From the human T2T-CHM13v2.0 reference genome, Homo sapiens: a DNA stretch of 64,000 nt. Made by a program: the position numbers and the translations under genes. The notes under the pieces are model-generated. The model worked only from the letters and a program-made list of their open reading frames with translations, was not told where the DNA came from and searched no databases. Shown in pieces: positions 16,450 through 29,489 of the stretch (within the stretch, counting starts at the first letter, position 1; every line of letters begins with the position of its first letter). The stretch lies in assembly GCF_009914755.1 (NCBI RefSeq), contig NC_060932.1. One strand, given 5' to 3'.

Positions 16450-17600
16450 TTGTAGTTAACACAAAGGCTTTATAGTCACATTGCTCGTGTTCTTAATTAT
16501 GCACCACCAATTATTAGCTGTATAAACTTCACTAAATTAACCCCTCCGTTTCTCATTTACAAAATGAGGATATTGTAGGAACTGCCCTTGTAGAAACAGC
16601 TAGTTGTCTCTCGATATAAATTATCCCACTCTCTCGAAGTAACAAACCTAATATTTAGCTGAATGTTGGTCAGTTCTGGGGGAAAAGAATCTCTCAGACT
16701 CTTCTCTCTCTAGATGTGGTCAAGTCAGTAAGTTATAGTAAATGAGATGTAAGTGGAAGTGATGCATGAAATTTTACAGAAACATCCCTAAAAAGCAAAA
16801 AGAATACTCTTCTCAATCTCTTCTATACTTCTACTGGGTGGAATGCAGATCTTATGGTTTCAGCTAAAGCACCAATTTGGACCATGAGGTGTTCTTGGGA
16901 ATAGAAGTCACACCCACTAAAGCAATGAGATACGTGGATCCTAGGTCCCTGACACTATGGAACATTGTTCCAGCCCCTGGTGTCTCTATCAGAGAGGGCA
17001 AGCCCAGTGGCTTTAAATAAAAAAGATTCATTTTCTGCTCATGCTACTTTCCATTTGGAGAAAGCACGAGGCTCTGCTCCACATTGATCTGAATCAGGAA
17101 CCACGTGGGATATAAGAAAACTCTCAAGAGCCAAGGCTGATTAAGCCTTTACCACATTAGAACAGCATCATCAAAGGTGAGAGAAGGGGAACAGAGTGTA
17201 CTGTGCATTAGTTCATCAAGGCTTCTTCCCAGAAATGACACATTATTTCCACTCATATTTAATTGGTTAAGAGAAATAATATGGCCATGTCTATCATCAA
17301 GAATATGGAGAAATATAATCCTACACTATATCTGGAAGGGGAGAAATCAGAAATATCAAGGAGGACTGCTAAGGATGACCGCAACCTTCTACCATAAGAA
17401 AAATAAGTGAGGGAAAAAATTCTACTCATTTAAGCCATTGTTGCCCTGTGTTTTCGACTTCTTGTAGTTGAACCTAATCTTAATTAAAACCCTTCAAATA
17501 GGGCTGGTAACAAAGAGTCAATGAGATGGAATAAATAACATACCTGATACATAGCTTGGTACGTGATAAGCACTGGGTAAAAGCCACATCACCATTTTCA
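16450..17600 (+). mobile_element. MIR split by an MLT1J-like LTR (~16589-17490) that itself contains an antisense MLT1 (~16990-17390)
   Basis: MIR core TTTCTCATTTACAAAATGAGGATA, resuming after 17490. MLT1 start TGTAGAAACAGCTAGTTGTC and end GTTGAACCTAATCTTAATT. Confidence 0.55.
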
Positions 17601-18615
17601 TTACATTAGAGCATTGCAGTACTCAGAGATGAATGTTTAAGCTTTGAGTAGTGAATTCCACTTCTATTCCATGCATTTGATATTCCCTAAGTCAAAAATC
17701 TTTGTAGAAAAATTAACTGTGAGAAAAGCAGGCTCTGAAAGTAGTGTTTGGCAGTTTGAGTTTTGGCAAGAATGCAGAGTATAAGAAAGCCCTCCTACTA
17801 GAGATGTCAGTGTTTCTCATTTGGTACATCTTGGGAGCCTATTTCAGAAGTACAGGATGAAGGGTGTCTTTCCGTGCCAGAATGCAGCACCTCAAAGGAC
17901 TTCCAGATTTACTTAAAAGTAAAGATGTCTTGCATAGTGCAGATTCCCAAATTTTCCCATAAAGGGAGAAGTCAAATTTGGCAAAATCTCCTCAACACAC
18001 AGTCACAGCCTCATGCAGACACATACAGATTTTCTCATTTAATCCTAGGATCTTAATATCTTAAAATTTTTTAAATATATACATATTTGAGAAAAGCTTG
18101 GGACCTCAAATTTAATTTTATACCACAATATATCTTTCCAGCAGACTGGAATCTGAGAAGGAGTCATATTGAGCAATAATAATTCCTTGCTTTCTGTTAT
18201 TTAGTTCCTGTAGCACCATTACTTTCTGTTATTATTTTTAAATTAACTTTTACTTTTGCAACAGGGAAAAAAGCAACATAAATCTTTTCCTAACTCGCTG
18301 GAATACTACAGTCCCTGTTGTGGCAAGAAAAGAAAGAATGTCACATCTCTACATACTATACACATCACATTGTTTATACTTCTCAAAGCTTTATTTTCTG
18401 CTAATTCCAAGTTTTTCCCCAATATAGCCACCATATGCAGGGATGCTTGACCTGTCTGGAAAACAAGCACCCAGAGTAATCTAAAATAATGTCTCTAAAA
18501 AGGAAATTTGATTATGATTAATCCTTGTTTTAAACTCTGAAGTAGAATAACAAAGAAAATAAACTAGATTCCCTGTTCACTTTGTTTGCTTTACTGATTA
18601 CTGGAGTCCGTTTAA

Positions 18616-18909
<294 letters not shown>

Positions 18910-19289
18910 GTTTAACAATTTTGAGGTCAAATAGCACTGCTATGTTTTAGCCATTTTGAATTGATTTCTCATATGCAATTTTCTAATGTGCAAAATTAAA
19001 TGCATTGTACACACTTAAACACACTGAAGACCTGTTAACTAATAGCAAAAGTGTTTTGCTTTAAAAGCAGTTACATAGATAGTGTGGGAATTTTAAAGCA
19101 ACTATTGTTCTTTACAGTATACATCCTAAAGATATTAATAATCAAATCCCAGCTTATAACCTTTGTGTATGTCTATAGAAATCCTCGTTGGTATAGAATA
19201 TAAATAACAAGAGACTAAAATTGGAGACATTGGTAAGAGATATTGACTTAACTTGTTTTACAGTGTTAAAACAGCACACACACACACAA

Positions 19290-21480
19290 AAGACCTTCAC
19301 CTCCCAATCAGATGCAGTTGATCACAGTGAGGTCAACTCTTACTGCCACAACTAAAGAAAGCTGTATAAATTAAAATTCATATTTTAAAAGACTTCAAGG
19401 ATTTCTAAAAGCAAGGAAGATTATTCGATTAACTAAACTTCTAGAAAGATGTAACTTTTCAAGATAAGCTGATGATTACCAGATGTTTATTTCTCTGCAG
19501 GGAATCCGGAAATCTTGTGTGTAGGATGACTGTGCTTGTCTAAAGCTTCTAAATGTCCCAAGCAGAAAGTTCTCAATAGGGAAAAGGGACACCAAAACTG
19601 TGTTAAGCAGCCACAAAGAACTGGAGAGGAATAAATGAAGTTTAAAAGTTCTAAAATTCTAGCACTATTGGGGAAATTATAAAAGCATATTCCATACTAG
19701 ATCATAATAAGACAAGGATAAAGTTATAATTTCTAAAGTTGGCATAAAAGAACAGTGACAGAATGTATAACAGGTTAATTAAATAAAAGAGAGGGAATGT
19801 TTAAAAATATACATCTGGTTATCTAAAAGAAAGAAAGAAGAAATTGGGAAGGAACATAAAAGAAATGGGCCAAATACAGAATATTAATAAGATAGTGATA
19901 TAAACCCAAATACAACAATAATTAAGTTAAAAGTAATTGGACTTCACATATAAATTTTAGAGGATGCAAACATTCCATCTCTAACACCTGATTTTATGAT
20001 AAAGGTAAGCTTAAGAGTAGAGTGGAGGGAAAAGTACATTCTTTTAGAAAAATGGCCCTAAATCATTTCAATATGCATTGGGGAAAATCGTCTGAACCAC
20101 TATGTGGCCCAGGTGGATTATAGGTACAAATGTGAAAGTTAAACAACAAAGTTTCTAGAAAAAAAATAGAGGAAGACTACTTTGTGACTTCAGAGTAGGT
20201 GAAGATTCCTTCAAGAGGATGCAAAAAAAATACTAAAATGGGATTTAAAATATTGATAAACTGTACATAAACGACACCATTAAAAGAAGGAAAAGTCAAC
20301 CCAAAGACTAGAAGATAAAAGATACTTATAATTTATATATTCAACTGATAACTCATATCCAGAATACCTAATAAATATCTATAAATTAATAAGATGAACA
20401 ACCCAGTAGAAAATTGGACAAAAGACTTGAAAGATATTTACAAAAGAATATATTCAAATGGCTAGTATACATGTGAAAAGGTAGTTAGTAATCACGGAAA
20501 TGAATTGGGAAATCAAACATATCACAACACATTTCCATAAAGGCTACAATTTTATAAAGAAGAAAATGTAAGTCTCACAAAATTTGGAATACCAAAATCC
20601 TAATGGATTCTGGTATAAATATAAATCAGAAAAATTGCTTTGGAAATCCTTTTGTCTGCTATTGCTGAAGATAAGCTTATGCTATGACCCAATGTAGTGT
20701 ATAGCAGAAATGAGTACACACGTATTTTGGTCATTTGGGCTGCTATAACAAAATAAGATAAACTGAGTGGCTTATAAAGAACAGAAATGTATTTCTCACA
20801 GATCTAGAGTCTGGGAAGTCCAAGATCAAGTCACCAGCAGCTTTGGTATCTAGTGAGGGCCTGCTTTCTGGTTCACAGATGGCACACCTTCTCACTGTGC
20901 CCTCATATGGTGGGAGGGGTCTCTCTAGGGCCTCTCTTGTGAGGGCAACAGTCTCACCTATGAGAGCTCCATTTCCATGACTCAATCACCTCCTAAAGGC
21001 CTATTTCCCAATATCACCACCTTGGGGATTAGGATTTCAACATATAAATTTGGGGGGACATGAACATTCAGACCAAAGGAATATATAAACCAAAAGACGT
21101 GTACCAAAATGTTCATAGTAATGCTTGTGTAATAGTCTGTACTAGCAACACCTAAATGTTCATCAATAAATAAATACATACATACATTTTGGTGTTCACA
21201 CTATTGGACAGTATACAGAACAGGGAATAAATTATGTACAACTACATTTTACAGTGTGGATGAACTCCACAGTAGTACATTGAGTGAAATAAGTCAGACA
21301 CTGATAAATATAAACTGCATTCCATTTATATGAAATACATAAAGGAGTAAAACTAATGTAGTCTATTAGAAATTCAGGAGGTAATATAAGGTTCACATAG
21401 GAAGCCTCTTGGGAGCAGGAGGTTTTTGTTTGTTTCTTTATTTGAATACTCTCTATATGGGTATGTTCACATTGTAAATA
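19290..21480 (+). mobile_element. Old L1M/L1ME fragments
   Basis: A-rich degenerate L1 3' motifs (CAACCCAGTAGAAAATTGGACAAAAGACTTGAA, GAGTGAAATAAGTCAGACA). Confidence 0.65.
20723..21078 (-). mobile_element. MLT1A-like MaLR solo LTR inside L1ME
   Basis: GGGCTGCTATAACAAAATA...GGGAAGTCCAAGATCAAG...GGGGGGACATGAACATTCAGACCA. Confidence 0.8.
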
Positions 21481-22220
21481 AAAGATGCATGTTACCATAT
21501 TTCAATACAATACTTTTTATAGCAGAAATAAATTTGTCAGTATCTCCAATGTCTTTAATTGGTGATATTCTATAAACAAATCTGTATTTTTCTAATTTTA
21601 TAATGGCAGATTTACTTAAATCTCTTTTTCTTCTCCAAATTTCTTTCCTATGTAAAGGGAAATGCGTATGACTGTCAAAAGAACAGTCAACTGATGGCAA
21701 GAATCCAGCATGTGCTTTAGGGAGAAGAGTAAGTTAGGAAGTGGTCATTAAAGGTTTAATGAAATAGGTGAAGAGTCAGGAGCAAAAGAAAGAAAAGGCA
21801 AATGGATCTCAGAAAAATGTTAATAGTGAAGGATCCATGGCCCTCTAGTAAGTTCTCAGCTTTCATTTTATCACCCAATGTATAGAGTAGACATTATGGC
21901 AGTTCCTCTTATGGTCCTGATTCCTTTCTGCCTGCTGAAATCCCATAGTTCCCAAGTTCCATTCTTAACTATAACACTACTTGATCTTAAACTATTTGTG
22001 AAGAATTTTGAATTCATCATCATTTCTGTAATTTTAAAATCAGTAATTAAACTATTTTGAAGTGATTCTTGCCTTTTCTAAGAATGCAAAAGGATAAGGA
22101 CTTTTCATAACAACATATTTAGCACTATAGAGTTCATTTATCTTTGATGCATCAAAGATCTCAAAGTTCTAAGTTTTCTAATTTGTTGTTATTACAATTT
22201 ATAGTTTATCATATTGTTGA

Positions 22221-22990
22221 TGTTGTAAACAAAGAAGTATCCAAGACAGATTTCAATCAATTTAGAAGCTTATTTTGTCAAGGTTAAGGATCATGACTTG
22301 TGACACAGCATCAAGAGTTCCTGAAAACATGTGCCCAAGATGGTTGGGTTACTGCTTGGTTTTGTACATTTTAGGGAGACAGAAGTTACAGGCAAAGACA
22401 TAAATTAATACATGTAAGGTATACTTTGGTTCAGCACAGAAAGGGAGGACATCTTGAGAGATATTTTGTGTCATAGATGGATTTAAAAATTCCCTTATTG
22501 GCAATTGGTTGAAAGGGTTAAGCTCTGCCTGAACAGTCTAAATCAACTTGAGTAAAGTTAAAGGGGTGGGTCATGGAAGTCGAGATTCTTCTGGTGTAGA
22601 TGAAGCCTCTAGGGAGCAGGCTTGAGACAGAATAGATGTGAATGCCTCATCAAAGGTGTCAGATTCTCCTGAGAAACCTAGTAAAGGAAGGAGATTCTTT
22701 ACAGAATGCAAATTTCCCCCATAAGAGACAGCTTTGCAGGGCTAGTTCTAAATACGTCAAAGAAATATATTTTAGGGTAAAACTGCTTGATTTCCTTTTA
22801 GGACCTGTTACCTGTCAGGTGATCTCATACCAGTGTTAGGTTGGAGTTGATATCTTATTGCGACGAAGAGTCTGTTCTGTCATTTTTAGTACCTCTATTT
22901 TAATGTTAATACTCACCAGTTATGTGCCTAAACTACAAAGGGAGGAGAGTATAATGAGGCAAGTCTAATCACCCCCCTCCCCTGTTCCTG
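22221..22990 (-). mobile_element. MER4-group LTR (ERV1), interrupted by the HERV-IP10 insertion
   Basis: TCAATCAATTTAGAAGCTTATTTTGTCAAGGTTAAGGA...ACATGTGCCCAAGATGGTTGGG...GGGAGGAGAGTATAATGAGGCA. Confidence 0.8.
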
Positions 22991-22991
22991 T

Positions 22992-23407
22992 TGTTATAAA
23001 TAAAGTTTCAGTGCTGCAAAAGAAATAGCACTGGATTATAAAATTCTTTTTTTAATTATCAGCAAGGCAAGTTACTTCTATAGAAGGGTGCACCCTTACA
23101 GATGGAGCAATGGTGAGCACACAATTGGACAAGGGAGGGGAAGAGGTTCTTATCCCTGACACACGTGGCCCCTGCTGCTGTATCATTCCCCTATTGGCTA
23201 AGGTTAGACCGCACAGGCTAAACTAATTCTGATTGGCTAATTTAAAGAGAGTGATGGGGTAGATGGTTTGGCCAGGAAAATGGTTATGACAGAGCAGGTA
23301 ATCGGAATGAGTCAGGGTGGAGCAGGTAATCAAAAAAGGTTGCTTTATAAGGAAATGAAATTTTAAAGTAGAAGACAAAAAATTGAACATACTGACATAT
23401 TGATTCT

Positions 23408-23439
<32 letters not shown>

Positions 23440-23767
23440 TGAGATGGAGTCTCGCTCTGTCGCCCAGGCTGGAGTGCAGTGCCGTGATCTCAGCTCACTG
23501 CAAGCTCTGACTCCCAGGTTCACGCCATTTTCCTGCCTCAGCCTCCTGAGCAGCTGGGACTACAGGCACCCACCACTACACCCAGCTAATTTTTTGTATT
23601 TTTAGTAGAGATCGGGTTTCACCATGTTAGCCAAGATGGTCTTGATCTCCTGACTTCGTGATCCACCTGCCTCGCCCTCCCAAAGTGCTGGGATTACAGG
23701 TGTGGGCCACTGTGCCTGGCCTGACATATTGATTCTTTGAAAAGAAATGTAGAACTCATATATAACA
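22992..23767 (-). mobile_element. LTR10F-like 3' LTR of a HERV-IP10 provirus
   Basis: Termini TGTTATAAATAAAGTTTC...TATATAACA. A polypurine tract (minus strand AAGAGGAGGGGT, 23768-23779) abuts it, identifying it as the 3' LTR. Confidence 0.85.
23410..23721 (-). mobile_element. AluY inserted in the LTR
   Basis: GCAAGCTC..CTCCCAGGTTCACGCCATT; perfect 17-bp TSD TGACATATTGATTCTTT at 23393-23409 and 23722-23738. Confidence 0.95.
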
Positions 23768-23789
23768 ACCCCTCCTCTTGCATTTCCTT

Positions 23790-25882
23790 AGAGTTCTTTC
23801 TTTTCAAACTTTTTAACATGTCTTGGCTTGGTTGTTCTGCTTGATTCTCCAAAAGAAGACACTTCCCTAGATAAGGTAGAGGATAGTTAAGGGAGGTTTT
23901 AGTAAGTGCCATTTTTATGAGCCTCTGCACCAAGCCACGGATGCATGGTGTGACACAGCATCTGACAAGAATAAATACACCCATTACGGCTGCAAGGGAA
24001 GTAAGAATTGAGAATATTATTCTTTTCCATTTACCGAACCACTTTTCTAGCCATTCTGTAAAGGGTCATTTACCCCTGAGTTGCTGGCTAACTCATTGGA
24101 TAGACCAGTCAGACCTTGCAATGTCTTTGTTATACTTCCATTAGGGGCAGTGTTGTTTGGGATGAAGCTGCAACACTGAGTTTTAATCATGACGCAAACT
24201 CCTCCTCTTTCTGTTAATATCATGTCTAAGGTTATCCTATTTTCCCAAGCCATCTGGCTAGTAGCCCCTAATTGCTCAGATATTCCTTTAACAGCATTTC
24301 TAGTGTAGTTAATAAATCACTGTTGGTTGTAATAGATGTAGTTTATCTAATCTACATTTTTATTTATTGTCACCCACCAAAATATTGACTCAAATTCTGC
24401 AGCTATTTTATTTCGGGATTTAAATTGATTTCGTATTCCCCATGGGATTCCAATTGCATTTAAATAGACGTGAGAGTTGAAAGACCCATAAGGGGCTTCT
24501 CTCGCTTTACTATGTCTTATTTTTCCTTCCTCTGGTTGATGAAATGCCAGGGTGAAAGGGATAGCCAATTGGACTAAAGCACAAGTGCCACTCCAGTTAT
24601 TCAGGAGAGTGTCCAGTAAAGGTCCACCACAATACCACCACACATGAACAAGGGCTGACTGATTGATAAGGTCTTGAAAATTCTTAAGCTCACTGCATCC
24701 CTTCAGGTCTCCAAGGAACGCTAAGTTTCCTCCCTGTCATGAGAGACACAAGGTGAAATTAGTGTTGGGAGACGGAAGCTGGATGGCCCTCAGGGGCTGA
24801 AGTCCGCAGGGTGCCGGACTTCAGGATATAGCAGAGAGAGAGTGTGGCAGGACTTGTTACTCCAGGCTGTAGAATCCTGGAAAAGAGCTACCATGCAGCC
24901 CACGCCTGGTCGACTGGAGGACCACCCTAGTGGAAAAGGGACAATCTGGGCCTCTGGCCTGCTGTGCGCACAAGCATAACAATGGCTTTTGTTTAACATG
25001 CAAACAGAATATTTGATCCATTCCAACCAGCAATTTGCATCTTGGTATCCTATCTTAATTGCCAAAATTTGTTTTAAGTCTTTAACTTCTACAATAGCTA
25101 TCTTAGTCTTGTCGTTAGATGGAGGAGGAGCAATTGTTCCATTGTGAGAGGTTTTGTAAGAAGGCTTAGAGGAAGGTGCAGGCAGCGGTGGATCAAAGAA
25201 ATGCATTTCAAAGAATCCAGTAGGGTCTGCCCCTGAAACCTCAGCCCCCCATACCATAAAACTAGCTTAAAGAAGGGAACCGGCTTAGAAAAGGGGAAAA
25301 ACTTTGAGGGTTTGAGATAATAACCTGTATAGGATTGCACTGGTTTAGGTGACAGTTGGCGGGGGTGGGTGGGTGCTGTCCCTCTAGAAAAATGAATATT
25401 TGGTTTTAGGAAATTACAAAAACCAGTTCGGGGAGTCCATCCTTCCTCTTTAGTGGTCCACAGAACGTTGGACCAACTATGGCATAAAAGCTCTACATCA
25501 GGGAGCAAGACTCCTGGTTGACACTGGGGTCTTTATCGAAATCTCCCCAGATCAAATGATCCCAATTCACTATTGCACAGTCTGGGGAGAGTCAGGAGGG
25601 ACAGAGGTACTTTTCTGAAGTAGAGAGCTGTCTTTGACTTGGCAAGTCCCCACAGGGTATAACAAGGCAAGCATTAAATGCAATAGTTTGAAGCAAAATT
25701 GACTTAGTTATGTTAATAACTAGATGGTCAGCAATAAAGCAAGGAAAGAAGAAAGAGTAATAGAATAGATGAAAGAGAGTTAAATTTTTCTTAGCTTTAG
25801 TTTGGTAGGGTTTTCCCCTGGGACTATGGCCCACGACTCTGGAGGGGACAGTGCTTTCTTGACTCAGGTGTGATGAGACCAT
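23790..25882 (-). pseudogene. Class I ERV env, fragmented
   Basis: Signal-like region, CYAC (CxxC), basic SU/TM cleavage region RHSKAR, immunosuppressive domain WENRITLDMILTERGGVC, CX6CC motif CVMIKTQCC. Spread over several frames. Confidence 0.9.
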
Positions 25883-26637
25883 CCCCGTTTGGCTGTATGA
25901 ACAGCAGTTTCAGTGGTTAGCAGCACAAGGTAGGGTCCTTCCCAGGCTGGATCGAGTTTTCCTTCTTTCCACCCATTGATGAGAATGTGATCCTCAGGCT
26001 GGTGCTGGTTTACTGGAAATTCTAGGGGTGGTACCTGTGCTAAAAGACTTTTAGTTTTGAGGGAAAGGAAAGTGGAAGATAAACCAAGTTTATAATTTGT
26101 AAGAAAGTGACCATTTGTTTTAAATGTGGGGATATCAGCAGTGGACTTTATAGTCCTCGGTGCCTTCTTACTGAGAAATTTCCTTTAGCACCGATTTTTA
26201 TTAGTTTTTAGACCAAAGAAAGTCAAACACCATTTTATATTTGACATTGCTTCCTGTATGATCTTTATACCAGATAAGCTAAATTTTACCTTTATATTAG
26301 TGTGTTATTAATGTTAAACTCAATTTCAATAAAACCTTATAGACATATTTATCTAATTTTAACATCTGACCATAAGGTAAGATTTTTATAGGCTCTCTTT
26401 AATCTTTTATAATTTTTGTTCAAGAGCAGGTTAATGCTTTAAGAAAAACCTGTTGTGCTTTTATTTTAATGTTCAGTTCACAGAAAGACTGGATGATACC
26501 CCTTTAACTTTAGCCAATATGTTTACACACATAATTTCCTTTACAATTAACATTTTAAAACTTGCTTAAACCTTTAAAACAAAATATTTTTTAACCTTTT
26601 AATGTAGGTAAAAATCCACATTCTTATGCCTCCTTAT

Positions 26638-27336
26638 TGAGAGGAGGTGCCGGCTGGGCTTCCTGGGTCGAGTAGAGGCTCAGAAATCTGTGAAACTCAC
26701 TCATTTCCTGCAACAGGACTTACTTTGGTTCTGGATGAATAATATTGAAGATATATGCTTAAAATATTCCTAACATCAGAATTTGTGCATGTGTTTTCTT
26801 CCCCAAGAAAGCTATAAACAGCGAAAATTTTGCTGTAAGCTTCCCTGTGTCCTCTCTCCCTCTCTCCCTTCCCCCTCCCCTGAAACTAAAAGCAATGTTA
26901 AAAGCCCATTTTTCTGTGACCAGCAGACCTTATCTATACTCCCAATTCCAATTCCATGTAAACACAATTTGTAAAATCCGGTGAGATCCTGTCTCCTTTG
27001 CCATGCTGCTGCAAGGTTATAAAGTAGATAAAACTTAAGTTACAATTCTTGTTTTTCTCAAGATCTGAGAAATGTTAAATGTCTTTGTCTCTCCCTCTGG
27101 TAACACCTTCCCACTACACCTATTTCCCACCTTAAAGAGTTTAAAAGGTGATCAAAAAATCTAACACTGGCTACCAGCTCAGAACCCCTTCCACATTGTG
27201 GAAGCTTTGTACTGTCACTCTGCTCAATAAAGCCTACAGTTTTTTTCTCTCAGTCCAATCAGTGTCTCTCTCTCACCACCGGCTGCCGCCACACCAAATC
27301 TTTGGCGTGGCTAAGGCAAGAACCTTTGGTGTTACA
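26638..27336 (+). mobile_element. LTR30-like solo LTR inserted antisense in the provirus
   Basis: TGAGAGGAGGTGCCGGCTGGGCTTCCTGGGTCGAG...GAACCTTTGGTGTTACA; TG..CA ends; 4-bp TSD TTAT at 26634-26637 and 27337-27340. Confidence 0.85.
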
Positions 27337-28561
27337 TTATAATCCTTTTACCAAAAGTATATTTTACTTTCCTTACACACCTTGCACATAAACTGTTTCT
27401 TTAATAGTTTCACATTCAGGAGGCCTAATTGCTTTTAAATCATACAACATTTCTTGCATAAATTCCCTTCTGTAACTTTTTTTTCCACGACTTTTACAGA
27501 CAATTCTTCAACATGCCTCAACTTTCTGACTTGTTGCAAACATCGTTTTCTTTAAACAACCAGTTAATTTATTTTAGGACAACAATTTATCATATAACAT
27601 TCCTTTTACAGAAATTCTTCCCTCCCCTCCTTTTTTTTCCCAAAGATGATAACCATTCTTTTCAAAAGCAAACTTCCTTCATGTCTGTGGACTAGACTGT
27701 CTAAGGCCACAAGATTAGAAGTTAGGATAATACATGTTACAGTGTTAACTTTTAGCAAACTTTACTTTTGTTGAAAACCTTGTAAGTTTGGGATTTCAAT
27801 TATTCTTTGCTATTAAGACCTCATTCAGTCCATATTAACTTAGAACTGGTATAGATTCTTTCTTGCTTCTGTAAGTACTTTAAGGTTCGGCTGAGTGCAA
27901 CAGCTCACACATTTGAGCAGACCAATTATTAGGCAATCTTCCTAACTCTGCTTCTACAAGAGTTTCCTTATCACTTACTGAATATCCATTGTGTCTTTTT
28001 TCCCTCAATCACTTGGGAGGAACCATCTATCATTCTGTCCTGAGAGATCCTTCTAGGTCTGGTTGGACCTTTGTATGGTAATTAATTAAGATTTAGATTC
28101 CCAGTTAGGAAGCCCGCTGGGTTAAGGGAATTATCAGTGGTTAATGTTAAATCATCTTTTTCTAACAGAATAGCCCCATACTTTAAGATTTTTGAGTGAG
28201 TAAGCTACCTTTTCCCTTTTTTTTTTTTTGACTTAGGATAGTTCTGAACTGGTGCAGTGTGCTCACAATGAGGTTTCCTCTAAAAGTTATTTTTCTACTT
28301 TCTTCTGTTAGCAAAGCAGTTGTCGCTACAGATTGAATGTACTTGGGCCATCCACGGGTTACTGGGTTAAGGATTTTTGATTAGGAAGGCTATGGGTTAT
28401 CAGTGGCCTCAGTGCTCTCAGGTTATGCCCTTGTTCACACTGACAACAAGGTGGTATTGGAGTGTTATAGGGTCATGGAGAAGACCTTCAATTATCAATT
28501 ATAGGTTTTAAATTTACCCTGGCTTTTAAAGGAATAGAGTACACTGTTTGTTTTCCCTAAT

Positions 28562-28806
28562 ACTTCTATCTCTGTCTTTCTCTCTTTCTTTCTCCTTTGA
28601 CTTTCTGTCTCTCTCTTTCTCTCTCTCTGACTCCCTCTTTGTCTCTCTGTCTCTTCTTCTCTCTTTCTGCCTCTCTCTCTCTTTGACTCCCTCTTTGTCT
28701 CTCTGTCTCTTTCTCTCTGTCTCTCTCTTTCTCTCTCTCTCTTTCCTCTCTCTCTGCCAGCCACATGTGCTGCTGTTCTCCCCTCTCCTTCCCCTTCCCC
28801 TTCCCC
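28562..28806. repeat. CT-rich polypyrimidine low-complexity tract (within ERV)
   Basis: Directly visible. Confidence 0.9.
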
Positions 28807-29489
28807 TAGGGGAGGGACCAGTGGGAGTGGAGCTATCCTTTCCTCCCCTGAGAAGAAAGGAAAGAGGGGGTTTGTGTGAGGTTCGACCTTTGAAATTAGT
28901 GGAAGGCTCAACCCCTCACGCCAGGGATGTCTTGCCTTGTCTGTCCCAGAAGGCTCAAACTCTCACACCAGGGGGTGTCTTGCCTTGCTGCCCTGGAAGG
29001 CTGACCTGTTTCTTCCTTTTCCCCCTCTGAAGGTCCCTTGCACACTTCCCACTCATGTCGTCCTCTCTGGCTGCTCCCTCAAGGGAGAATTAGGCCCCTC
29101 TTAGTGTTGGTGTGCCAGTATAAATCCCATGGCAGGATCCACCCTAAGCCATATGAGGTAGCTATGGAACCGCAGAGAGGACCCACTCACTCTGTCCAGC
29201 AGTAGGACTTGTCACCATCCACACGAACAACACCGCAAGCAGGGTTGTTTGTGGTCACTCATGCACACACACATTTAGCCCTCTAGAATTTGACCACCAG
29301 GGAAGTACTTTACTGGTTCCTGCCCCTTCTCCTTCCTTGGTCGGTCCACAGAGTCGTTGCCGCAGAATGTGAAGATCCTTTAAGCTAGGTTGCTGGCCAG
29401 TTTTTTTTTTATTTTTTATTTTTTTCTGCATTGCTGAGAGCTGGGGTTATTCCTCCCACTGTGTGGGTCTTGATTTGACTATAGAAGGA

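Larger units (their letters stand above)
23768..29476 (-). mobile_element. HERV-IP10 (HERVIP10FH-like) internal region, lacking recognisable gag/RT, 5'-truncated
   Basis: env remnants, an integrase C-terminal piece (WEGPYLVLLTTETAV near 25900-25950), AT-rich internal spacer, CT-rich tract and leader. No PBS or 5' LTR. Confidence 0.8.

Noticed and set aside
28495-29030. Arg/Glu-rich and Ser/Leu-rich ORFs (likewise 34946-35396 and 4608-5036)
   Set aside because: Translations of CT/GA or TA low-complexity tracts.
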